Below are positions 49,689 through 58,180 of a DNA stretch of 64,000 bases, in pieces (the stretch's first letter is position 1; each line of letters begins with the position of its first letter). Both the position numbers and the translations under genes were made by a program. Source of the stretch: an uncultured Anaeroplasmataceae bacterium (lineage in GTDB: Bacteria; Bacillota_I; Bacilli_A; Acholeplasmatales; Anaeroplasmataceae); NCBI GenBank assembly GCA_964473015.1, contig CAYYMS010000002.1:154550-218549 (forward strand). The letters run 5' to 3'. A model generated the notes under the pieces. The model made no database searches, had not been told where the DNA came from, and saw only the letters and a list, made by a program, of their open reading frames with translations.

Positions 49689-50805
49689 CTTCGATATACT
49701 TTGTTTCAATTAATCCGATATACCCATTCTTTTTTACTAAAGTATAAGGCTGTGCCTTTTTGATTATAGAGATTTCTTCCTTTTCCTTTACAGAAATAAA
49801 TTGATTACTTCCTTCATAACAATAATACTTTTGCTTATTTTCATCTTTATAGATAAAGGAGTTATGTACCCACATACAAGTGTTTGAAGTCAAATGTCTT
49901 ATATAGCAAAAATCTAAATCGGTATCTAATAATTCTACTTCATTTTCTCCAAAAACGATATTTACCTCATGAATAGGCTTTTCATAATCTACACTGCTCT
50001 TCATTAAAAATTTTGGATAATGATCCACATAAGTAAAACTAAACTTCATAGAAGCTAAGGATTCTAGCATAACAAAATTAATTTGTCCACCCTTTACCAC
50101 ATGATTACCACCATCGATAGAAATAATTCTTTTCTTAAAATCAAAAATAGGATTTACACAAGCCATATCACTTCTATAGTTTCTCGTAGGATAATGTCCC
50201 ACAATCATTAGCTTCTTTTGTGGCTTAGATAATTCATAAAAACGATCATACTTAAGTAAAGATAAAGAATATTCAGGTATATGATTTAGATCATCAATTC
50301 CTCCATGAACAAGAACTAAAGTATCATTAAGAATAATGACATCATTTAATGTATCCATAAATTGATATAAGTCGTTATATTTCTCATAGATTAAATGAAC
50401 AAATTCCTCCACATTCATATCCATAGATAGGGGATAGGAAAGTTCATCGGCAATATCATTTATGATCGATCTTTTCTTAATATTAGCATAATATAAAAAC
50501 TTTTTTTCTTGATCTTTTGGAAGAATAAAGCGAAAAACCTCATCACAGTTTCCAGCCATAGGAAAAACATGAGGATTTTCTTTTGCTAACTGCATTACAT
50601 AGCGCATAGTAGAAAGATTTTCTTTAAAATCCCCTTTTTCATAAATGTCACCGATAATAAATAAATAATCCTCTTTTGAGAAACCAATTTTATTTAATCC
50701 CTCTTTTAGAGTATTTATATCGCCGTGTATATCACTTATAAATATGATTCTCTTATCGGTAGGAATGGTTAAATTTTTAATTTTTGTCTTCTTCTGTAAA
50801 TCCAT
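49678..50805 (-). CDS. Calcineurin-like metallophosphoesterase with C-terminal beta-rich extension
   Basis: Motifs SDIHG, GDIYEKG, GNCD, VHGG, VGH and IDGG. Confidence 0.82.
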   Translation of the reverse strand: MDLQKKTKIKNLTIPTDKRIIFISDIHGDINTLKEGLNKIGFSKEDYLFIIGDIYEKGDFKENLSTMRYVMQLAKENPHVFPMAGNCDEVFRFILPKDQEKKFLYYANIKKRSIINDIADELSYPLSMDMNVEEFVHLIYEKYNDLYQFMDTLNDVIILNDTLVLVHGGIDDLNHIPEYSLSLLKYDRFYELSKPQKKLMIVGHYPTRNYRSDMACVNPIFDFKKRIISIDGGNHVVKGGQINFVMLESLASMKFSFTYVDHYPKFLMKSSVDYEKPIHEVNIVFGENEVELLDTDLDFCYIRHLTSNTCMWVHNSFIYKDENKQKYYCYEGSNQFISVKEKEEISIIKKAQPYTLVKKNGYIGLIETKYIEDDF

Positions 50806-51409
50806 TTACTACTCGCTTCCTTTCCTGATAAGAATATATGCACCCACAATAATCTTGGCGATATAGCCCATATTTTTTTGATAGTTCAATCGAATGTTGA
50901 TATCCACTATCCTTTTTAAAATTCGAATATAAATAGGCAATGTTATATTTTTTTTCTAATAAAAATCCAATCTCATTTATCCACTCATCTTTTTTATGTG
51001 GGGATATGGATAAAGTCGTTGTAAAATAATCAAAATTCTCTTCTTTTGCATATTTAGCCGTTTTTTCTAAGCGTAATTTATAACAGTTATAACAACGTAA
51101 AGATTTTTCTCCTAAATGCTCATAGCCTTTAATTGCCTGAATAAAATCCTCCTCTTTATAATCATCCTGAATTACTTTTATGGAGGAATCGATATTTTCA
51201 CAAAACCGTTTTATCTCATCTAAACGTTTAAAATATTCCTTTTTTGGATATATATTATCATTACTAAAAAAAATGGTTATATCAAAATACTTTTTTAACA
51301 AGAAAAGCACATGACTAGAACATGGCGCGCAACAGGAATGTAACAACAATTTCGGTCTTTCATCTAACGTCTTTAAAAAATTTAATAAATCTTTATAGGT
51401 TGTTATCAT
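50777..51409 (-). CDS. queH: Epoxyqueuosine reductase QueH
   Basis: Motifs LLHSCCAPCS, RC..CY, FTTTLSISPHK and YRQDYCGC. Confidence 0.9.
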   Translation of the reverse strand: MITTYKDLLNFLKTLDERPKLLLHSCCAPCSSHVLFLLKKYFDITIFFSNDNIYPKKEYFKRLDEIKRFCENIDSSIKVIQDDYKEEDFIQAIKGYEHLGEKSLRCYNCYKLRLEKTAKYAKEENFDYFTTTLSISPHKKDEWINEIGFLLEKKYNIAYLYSNFKKDSGYQHSIELSKKYGLYRQDYCGCIYSYQERKRVVNGFTEEDKN

Positions 51410-51566
51410 TTCATCACCGCCTTTTTATCATTATATATTATATAATAATTAATTAAAACTGTATAGAAAAAAAGAAAATAAAATTATAAATTCATTTTGA
51501 AAATTGACGAAAAAATGTTATAATAGAGGTATAATGAAGAGTTTTTTGTTAAAGGAGGGGATTAAA

Positions 51567-52073
51567 ATGTATTCTGTTGGTGAAACCATTATATATACCA
51601 CATATGGCCTATGTAAAATATCGGATATCATTCAAAAAGAATTTAATGGCAGTCTATTGGATTATTATATTTTAAAACCCCTTAACGATGCGAAATCCTC
51701 TCTTCAAGTACAGGTCAACAACCCTATAACAAAAGAAAAGCTTCGAGCGATTCTTTCTAAAACGGAAATTATAGAATTGATTCATCAAATCCCTTCCATA
51801 GAGCCCTATTGGATTGAAAATGAAAATGAAAGAAAGAAACACTTCTCTTCCATTTTACGTTGTGGAAAACGAATTGAAATTATCGGAATCTTAAAGAGTA
51901 TATTTGAACATCAAAATGAATTAAGGCTGCGTGGAAGAAAACTTCATGCCTGTGATGAGCAATATTTTAAGGATGCGGAAAAGATAATTTATGAAGAAAT
52001 GGCTTATGTTTTAAATATAAACAAAAATGACATTGTGCAATTTATCGTACAAGAAATTGGAAATATAAAATAA
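51567..52073 (+). CDS. CarD-family RNA polymerase-binding protein
   Basis: Motifs YSVGE.IIY...G.C.I, WIENENER and KLH..DE.Y...AE.II..E. Start at ATG 51567 after AAAGGAGGGG. Confidence 0.82.
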   Translation: MYSVGETIIYTTYGLCKISDIIQKEFNGSLLDYYILKPLNDAKSSLQVQVNNPITKEKLRAILSKTEIIELIHQIPSIEPYWIENENERKKHFSSILRCGKRIEIIGILKSIFEHQNELRLRGRKLHACDEQYFKDAEKIIYEEMAYVLNINKNDIVQFIVQEIGNIK

Positions 52074-52102
52074 GACTTTAGAAAAATTTCTAAAGTCTTT
52101 TT

Positions 52103-53086
52103 TTAACCTAAATTTGCTTTAAATACTCTTAAAGCATTCAAATGGGTTATTTTATCAATTTCTAAATCTGTAAAGTCTTCTTCTTTCATTCTCTTTATTA
52201 ACCGAGTCATTAAAGAAGCATCTTTTAATTCAATGTCGGAAGGTATTCCATCAAAATCACTTCCTAAGGCCAAAACATCTACTCCTACTAAATTTTTAAT
52301 ATATTTCATATGAGCAATAACACAATCGATTGTATTTTTTCCTTGTTCTTCATTATCATCTAAAAATGCGGCACAATAATTCATTCCCATAATACCACCA
52401 TTTTTAGAAAGCGCAACAATCATATCATCCGTTAAATTGCGAACATGATGACAAACCGACCTTGCATTGGAATGAGAAGCAACGATAGGTTTATTTGTTA
52501 TATTTATAACATCCCAAAAGCCTCGATCCGATAAGTGAGAAACATCAACAATCATACCCAATCGATTCATTTCTTTTACCATGGATTTCCCAAAATCAGT
52601 TAATCCATTTACAGTATTTGGAGTTACAAAATCAGGTATACCATTGTAATATTTTCCATAATTTGGATGACCAACTCCATTTTCGTAATTCCAATTTAAG
52701 CAAATCATTCGGACACCCAAACGATAAAAATTTCTTAAAAAGGAAAGATTGGATTTACATACGCCGCCCTCTTCTATTGTTAGTATTGTTGAAATTTTTT
52801 TGTTGCTATGATTGGATAACAAATCTTGATAGGTATACGCTATTTTTACATTTGTATTTTTTTCAATTTCCTGATAAAATAAATCAATCATTTCAAGGCA
52901 AGTTTCCAAAGGATTATCCTCTGTGTAATGCACAAACATAGCAAAGCATTGGGCATAATAATCCACATGAACTAATTTTTCAATATCAATTTGTAGATTG
53001 GATCTTGATAGTTCCATCTTATTTCCTTTTTTATTTTCTTGATAAATCCTACCTATTGTATCACAATGTAAATCAAAAAAACTCAA
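52103..53086 (-). CDS. Membrane dipeptidase family (M19) peptidase
   Basis: Motifs DLHCDT, TIEEGG, VDVSHL, ASHSNAR, HVRNLTD and GSDFDG. Confidence 0.9.
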   Translation of the reverse strand: MSFFDLHCDTIGRIYQENKKGNKMELSRSNLQIDIEKLVHVDYYAQCFAMFVHYTEDNPLETCLEMIDLFYQEIEKNTNVKIAYTYQDLLSNHSNKKISTILTIEEGGVCKSNLSFLRNFYRLGVRMICLNWNYENGVGHPNYGKYYNGIPDFVTPNTVNGLTDFGKSMVKEMNRLGMIVDVSHLSDRGFWDVINITNKPIVASHSNARSVCHHVRNLTDDMIVALSKNGGIMGMNYCAAFLDDNEEQGKNTIDCVIAHMKYIKNLVGVDVLALGSDFDGIPSDIELKDASLMTRLIKRMKEEDFTDLEIDKITHLNALRVFKANLG

Positions 53087-53788
53087 TTATAATACCTCCT
53101 TAACAAAATTTAAGAACTCTGTTAAAGTATATGTAGGCATATCGATTTTTAAGTTATTCGTATTAATTAAAAAATCAGTAATTAATATTTTTTTTATTTC
53201 TTTTGGTAAATCGGAGAAATCATCTTCTACATCATTTCCAACCATGATGCTACCTTCCATTTTTAAATTTAGTTTTTCAAAAATTTCTTCATAATATAAA
53301 TGATTTGGTTTACAATAGGTACTATTTTCATAAGTGGAAATATAGTCAAAATCATCCGGATTCATATTAGCCCATCGAATTCTTTGTTCGGTACAAATTC
53401 TAGGAAATAACGGATTAGTAGCTAATATAATAAAATAGCCTTTTTTCTTTAATTCTTTAATAATCTCATTTGAGATAGATTGCACCTGAACTATATTGGA
53501 AATGGTATTAAATTCATTTAAATAAAAATCATAAAATACATCTTTTAACCGATCTACATCTGGGTAAGTTTTTTTCATTTGCTTCCAAAATAATTCTTCA
53601 TTCGTTACCCTACCATCATTTTTAACGATGGTATAAGCCGCTTTAGAAAAGGTTTGAAGAAATTCATCTGGCTGATAGCCTAATTCTTTTGCCTTCATAT
53701 ATACTAAATTAAAGTATTGTTTTAAAAATATATCTTGATTCATCTGTAATAGGGTACAATCCAAATCAAATAATATTACAGGTTTCAT
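53087..53788 (-). CDS. HAD-family hydrolase
   Basis: Motifs LFDLDCTL, ATNP, CKPN..YY and MVGND..DD. Confidence 0.85.
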   Translation of the reverse strand: MKPVILFDLDCTLLQMNQDIFLKQYFNLVYMKAKELGYQPDEFLQTFSKAAYTIVKNDGRVTNEELFWKQMKKTYPDVDRLKDVFYDFYLNEFNTISNIVQVQSISNEIIKELKKKGYFIILATNPLFPRICTEQRIRWANMNPDDFDYISTYENSTYCKPNHLYYEEIFEKLNLKMEGSIMVGNDVEDDFSDLPKEIKKILITDFLINTNNLKIDMPTYTLTEFLNFVKEVL

Positions 53789-53790
53789 AT

Positions 53791-54297
53791 TTATTCCTCA
53801 TTTACAAGATATTGCATAATTTCACAAACATACATTTTATGCATATCTCCACTCGAATAAAATTTGTTTTTTAAATCCTCAGGTAAGGCATCATATGGAA
53901 GATCTAAAGCATAAAGTTTTTTCATTTTTAATACATAGTCTGCCTCACATACATAATATCCATTAAAATCGATATCAAAAGTTGCATGTAATCCAGTTTC
54001 TTTAAATTTATCGATTTTATTTCCAGATACGGTTCCAAAATAATTCTTTGCTTCTTTATAGGAATCATTTAAAAAAGATAATGTTACACTATTTGATTTT
54101 TCTATGAAATTATAGGTATGTCTAGAATGTCTTACAAATATAAATGCAATATTTTTTCCCCATAATACTCCTAAGCCACCCCAAGATACGAGCATAGAGT
54201 TAAATCCATTTTGATCTCCACAGGTAAGGATAGGACATACATCTTTAAAATTTTGAAATATATTGTGATTAAATTCTTCTAATCTCTTTTTTAACAT
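53791..54297 (-). CDS. Flavin reductase-like protein
   Basis: Motifs FNSM..SWGG.G.LWGK, FVR.SR.T, GTVSG...DK and D.H.MY.CEI. Confidence 0.8.
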   Translation of the reverse strand: MLKKRLEEFNHNIFQNFKDVCPILTCGDQNGFNSMLVSWGGLGVLWGKNIAFIFVRHSRHTYNFIEKSNSVTLSFLNDSYKEAKNYFGTVSGNKIDKFKETGLHATFDIDFNGYYVCEADYVLKMKKLYALDLPYDALPEDLKNKFYSSGDMHKMYVCEIMQYLVNEE

Positions 54298-54309
54298 ATT
54301 TTTCTCCTT

Positions 54310-55179
54310 TTAATTAAAAATCAGAACTAAAATACATGCTAACAAATTATTTGCCATATGAGCGGCTATTGAAGCGTAAACATTATGATCGGATTTATGA
54401 TAGATGAAACATAATAAAGCTCCACTTGATGCATAGGGAACACATTGTAAAAGCCATACACCAAAATTGGTCATATTCGTAGAAATCATATGTGGTAAAG
54501 TAAATAAGATAATGGAGATAATATAGCAGGCAACGATGCTATATTTTTTAAATACAGAAAATATGACTTTACGGTAAATTAATTCTTCTACTACCGGTGC
54601 AAGTAAAACAGTAGCTAAAATCATAGGAAGCATTCCGCCATTACTTAAAATTATTTCAATTGTGGATTGATTGGCTGAACTTGGCACACAAAAACCAATA
54701 ACAAAATCGATAAGATACGTTACGACTACAAAAAATACTGCCATTACAGGAATGTAGATTGACAAATAATTCTTCTTTTCTTTTAAAGCATTAAAATCAG
54801 TAACAATGTCATCACGCATAAAAAAGGCAACACCAACTAAGGCAATGAAATATCCTAAAAAATTTCCCCAGCCTTGGGCAATGGCATTAACTTTTAGATA
54901 AGGCGCTTCATAAGAACTTAAATCGGTAGTCGAAAGGCTTTCTAATACTGTAGCCGTATCCAAACGATTTAGAATTCCAAGAAAAAGAGCAATACCAATT
55001 GAAATAAATCCTGCAAATAAAAAAAGCATTAAAATATATATTACCGTTGCGACTCCTTTATTGGGACTAAAAATGGTCTTTTTCTTTTTAATGGTGACAT
55101 TTGCATTTTGATTTTGCATATTTACGTTTTGATTTTCAATATTTTCATTTTCTATATCTTTATTTTGATTTTCATTCAT
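54310..55179 (-). CDS. CPBP (CAAX-protease-like) intramembrane metalloprotease
   Basis: Motifs APVVEELIYR, FT.PH and H..NN; multiple TM helices. Confidence 0.87.
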   Translation of the reverse strand: MNENQNKDIENENIENQNVNMQNQNANVTIKKKKTIFSPNKGVATVIYILMLFLFAGFISIGIALFLGILNRLDTATVLESLSTTDLSSYEAPYLKVNAIAQGWGNFLGYFIALVGVAFFMRDDIVTDFNALKEKKNYLSIYIPVMAVFFVVVTYLIDFVIGFCVPSSANQSTIEIILSNGGMLPMILATVLLAPVVEELIYRKVIFSVFKKYSIVACYIISIILFTLPHMISTNMTNFGVWLLQCVPYASSGALLCFIYHKSDHNVYASIAAHMANNLLACILVLIFN

Positions 55180-55267
55180 AAACTATCACATCCTTCATAT
55201 GTATTATATCATTAATACAGGTAAATAAAAAGATTAAATTCATTTTCTGAACTTAATCTTTTTCAAA

Positions 55268-55618
55268 TTATGATTTTGGTTTGAAAATTAAAGCGATTAG
55301 CACGGAAAGAAAAATAGCAAAGGCAATACCACCAGAGGTCTTATCATACATTCCTGTAAAGATTCCTATGAAGCCTACCTCTTGTGCTTTTGCAAAGCTT
55401 GCATGAGCTAAAGAATGCCCAAAGCTTGTTATAGGAAGTAAAGCACCTGCCCCACTTATTTTAATTAATTGCTCATAGGCATGATTAAAATCTAAAAGTG
55501 TTCCTAAGCATACAAACATAACCGTCATATGCCCTGTGGTAAGCTTTAATGCATTTTTTATTAATTCTGCTAATGCACAAATGCCACCACCAATGAAAAA
55601 CGCACATAAATATATCAT
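55268..55618 (-). CDS. spoVAE: Stage V sporulation protein AE
   Basis: Motifs AFFIGGGICALAE, GAGALLPITSFGHSL and ALIFKPK. Start at ATG 55618. Confidence 0.88.
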   Translation of the reverse strand: MIYLCAFFIGGGICALAELIKNALKLTTGHMTVMFVCLGTLLDFNHAYEQLIKISGAGALLPITSFGHSLAHASFAKAQEVGFIGIFTGMYDKTSGGIAFAIFLSVLIALIFKPKS

Positions 55619-55620
55619 AA

Positions 55621-56595
55621 TTATACTGCCTCCAATTCTATCACATGTGCAATACATGGCAACGAATTTTTTTGATTGATCATAGTAGGATTCATTAAGA
55701 CTCCAGTTGCACATAGTAAAACACGTTTTAATTCTTTTTTCTCCATTTTCTTTTTTACGTAGGATAATAGTACAGCAGCACTTGTTCCTGGACCACTACC
55801 ACCTGCAAAGACTGGTTGCTTCTCAACATCATATAATATTAAGCCGCAATCCTGATAATTCGTAAGGGTAGGATACCAATCTTCTAAGCCTTTTTTTACG
55901 ACTTCATATCCATAACTAGATAAATCTCCTGTAAGAATTAAATCATAATTTTCTGGTTTTGTTCGTGTCTCTCTAAAATGTTCTATTAAAGATTCTAAGG
56001 CTGCGGGTGCCATTGCTCTACCAAAGTCTAAAGCATCGGTAAATCCTATATCAATGACTTTCCCTAAAGTAAAGCTATTTATTTTAATTTTTGATTTCGT
56101 ATTTCCAATAATGCAGGATGCCGCGATCGTCGAGGTAAAGGTTTGCGTATCTTCTTTTTCTCCTCCATATTCCACTGGATTACGGAATTGTCTTTCCGCA
56201 CTTTGATTATTACTTGAAGTAAAAACCAAAGCATTCTTGACGGTATTTTTATCGATTAATAAGGAGGCAAGACCAATCCCTAAAGCAATGGTCGAGCAGG
56301 CAGAATAAATACCAATTAAGCTAATTAAAAGCTTTCGCATCGTATAGCTTGTTGTGGTAAGCTGGTTGGATAGTTCTCCACCAACAGCTATATCTATATC
56401 TTCTGGCTTTACATTCATTTTTTCAAAAAGCATATCGATGGACTGAGATAACATGGATATTTCACTATTTTCGAAGCAATCCTCTTTAAAATCGGATACA
56501 TAATCCAAATAGGAGGCGATAGGCCCTTTGCCCTCTAGTTTTCCTCCTAATACCATACTATCTAAAAGATAAACATTATTTATTTTGAAGTTCAT
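55621..56595 (-). CDS. spoVAD: Stage V sporulation protein AD
   Basis: Motifs GKLEGKGP, SACST, SAERQFR.P.EYG, G.AMAPAA, TGDL, GGSG and ATG.LM.P. Confidence 0.9.
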   Translation of the reverse strand: MNFKINNVYLLDSMVLGGKLEGKGPIASYLDYVSDFKEDCFENSEISMLSQSIDMLFEKMNVKPEDIDIAVGGELSNQLTTTSYTMRKLLISLIGIYSACSTIALGIGLASLLIDKNTVKNALVFTSSNNQSAERQFRNPVEYGGEKEDTQTFTSTIAASCIIGNTKSKIKINSFTLGKVIDIGFTDALDFGRAMAPAALESLIEHFRETRTKPENYDLILTGDLSSYGYEVVKKGLEDWYPTLTNYQDCGLILYDVEKQPVFAGGSGPGTSAAVLLSYVKKKMEKKELKRVLLCATGVLMNPTMINQKNSLPCIAHVIELEAV

Positions 56596-57035
56596 AGTAA
56601 CACCTCAAAAATATATCGAATTGCAGAAACAACAATAGCACAGGTAGTACCTAAAACAATAACACTTCCAGCAAGCTTTAAACAGTTACTACCAATACCT
56701 AAAACAATACCCTCTTTTTTATATTCCATTGCAGAGCTTACACAGGCATTTGCAAAGCCTGTAATCGGAATGGCAAGACCACATTTTGCAATTTGTCCTA
56801 AATCATCATATATTCCGATTGCAGATAATATACCTGCAAAAGAAATCATTATAATTAATAAATAAAAATTCGCATCATCGGGACTTGTAAAATTTTTTAA
56901 TACATCTAATATGATTTGTCCGGTTAGACATAAAACTCCTCCAAAGAAAAAAGCCTGTAAAAAGTTAAGAAGCATTCGTTTATAATCTCGTTCATAACTA
57001 ACAAGCTTTGCATAATATTTTTTTGAATTCTGCAT
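56592..57035 (-). CDS. spoVAC: Stage V sporulation protein AC
   Basis: Motifs AF..GG..C..GQ, G.YD, PITGFAN...S.A.EYKKEG and LAGSVIV. Confidence 0.9.
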   Translation of the reverse strand: MQNSKKYYAKLVSYERDYKRMLLNFLQAFFFGGVLCLTGQIILDVLKNFTSPDDANFYLLIIMISFAGILSAIGIYDDLGQIAKCGLAIPITGFANACVSSAMEYKKEGIVLGIGSNCLKLAGSVIVLGTTCAIVVSAIRYIFEVLL

Positions 57036-57049
57036 AATATCACCAAATA

Positions 57050-57079
57050 TATTATGCTTACAAAATTATCCTTTTATAC
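57050..57079 (-). promoter_or_regulatory. Sigma-G-type promoter upstream of spoVAC
   Basis: Minus strand GTATA-N18-CATAATA, matching the B. subtilis sigma-G consensus; spoVA is a known sigma-G operon. Confidence 0.7.
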
Positions 57080-57495
57080 TACCATTTTTTTTCAAAATGT
57101 AAAAAGGTTCCTTCATTTTTTTTACTTTCGACGATTAGATTATCGCAAAACATTTCCATAATTGTAAATCCTAATCCACTTCTTTCTTCATCCGCTTTTG
57201 TAGAAAATAAAGCTTCTCTTGCTAAATCGATATCTTCTATTCCAACGCCTTTATCCATAATTTCAATGATCACCTTGTCCGCTTTAACAAAAATATTCAT
57301 ATCAATATATTTATCTTCGTTATTATCATAGCCATGAACAATGGCATTCGTTATCGCTTCACTTACTACTGTTTTTAATTCATTAATAAAAGTAATGGTA
57401 GGATTATTATCTACTAACATAGCTCCCAACATATTTCTTATAACTGCAATATTTGTTCTTTTTGATAAAAAAGTCATTCTTACTTCATTTTCCAT
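57079..57495 (-). CDS. spoIIAB: Anti-sigma factor / Ser kinase SpoIIAB
   Basis: N box ELKTVVSEAITNAIVHGY, G1 DKGVGI, G2 ERSGLGFTIME. Confidence 0.92.
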   Translation of the reverse strand: MENEVRMTFLSKRTNIAVIRNMLGAMLVDNNPTITFINELKTVVSEAITNAIVHGYDNNEDKYIDMNIFVKADKVIIEIMDKGVGIEDIDLAREALFSTKADEERSGLGFTIMEMFCDNLIVESKKNEGTFLHFEKKW

Positions 57496-57496
57496 T

Positions 57497-57847
57497 CTAA
57501 TTTCCCCCTATTGTCATTAAAGTAGCATCTTCTGTTTCTTTTATTAAACAAATTTTTCCTAATCCTGATAATTGTATAATACGTTCTATTTTTGGATTTA
57601 TACTGCAAATCATTACATCACCATTTAACTTTTTTAACTGATGAAATCTTCCTATGATAAAGCCTATACCAGAAGAATCCATAAAATCAAGCTTTTCTAC
57701 ATTGATAATTAAATGCTTTATTTTATAATCATCAATATACCTACTTATTCTTGTTCTTAAATCCGTTACAGATAAATCATCTAGCTCTCCTTTTAATCTT
57801 AGGATTAAAGCATTGCCTTTTACATATACTCCAACAGAAAGTCCCAT
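57497..57847 (-). CDS. spoIIAA: Anti-anti-sigma factor SpoIIAA (STAS)
   Basis: Motif RLKGELD and phosphoacceptor motif DFMDSSGIG.IIGR. Confidence 0.9.
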   Translation of the reverse strand: MGLSVGVYVKGNALILRLKGELDDLSVTDLRTRISRYIDDYKIKHLIINVEKLDFMDSSGIGFIIGRFHQLKKLNGDVMICSINPKIERIIQLSGLGKICLIKETEDATLMTIGGN

Positions 57848-57895
57848 ATCATCACCAGCAAGATTATAAAATATAATTTACGGAAAAAAAACAGA

Positions 57896-57902
57896 TTCGA
57901 CA
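57896..57902 (-). promoter_or_regulatory. Spo0A box upstream of spoIIAA
   Basis: Minus strand TGTCGAA, a perfect TGNCGAA match, 48 bp before the start codon. Confidence 0.45.
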
Positions 57903-57986
57903 AAACTAGAACTTTATTTCGTTTTACAAATTTCGTGCATTTTTATAAAAAAGAAAACGGCTAAATTAGCCGCTTATATTTTATAC

Positions 57987-58060
57987 TGGTGCTCACTGTA
58001 AGAATCGAACTTACCTTTTGGCCTTACCATGGCCACGTTCTACCGATGAACTAAGAGAGC
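57987..58060 (-). tRNA. tRNA-Thr (GGT)
   Basis: Cloverleaf GCTCTCT / GTTC D-stem / TGGCC-ATGGTAA-GGCCA / GTAAG-TTCGATT-CTTAC / AGTGAGC-A-CCA. Confidence 0.93.
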
Positions 58061-58180
58061 ATACGACATTACTATATCACAAGACGGAAATTTTTACAAT
58101 ACTAAAATGAAACTTTTCCCTAGGATATACCTTTTAAAACTTACTTCTTATTATCAAAAAAAAGGCTATTATAGCCTTTT

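Noticed and set aside
57895-57925. Full sigma-H promoter for spoIIA
   Set aside because: The -10-like GTCGAAT is present, but the candidate -35 (AAACGAAAT) has a mismatch and 14-bp spacing instead of about 11-12 bp.
57987-58060. tRNA-Thr as an island integration site, or as an aberrant tRNA (U5:U68 mismatch, A32)
   Set aside because: No duplicated 3' end or integrase was found nearby. The single acceptor-stem mismatch and A32 are within normal tRNA-Thr(GGT) variation.
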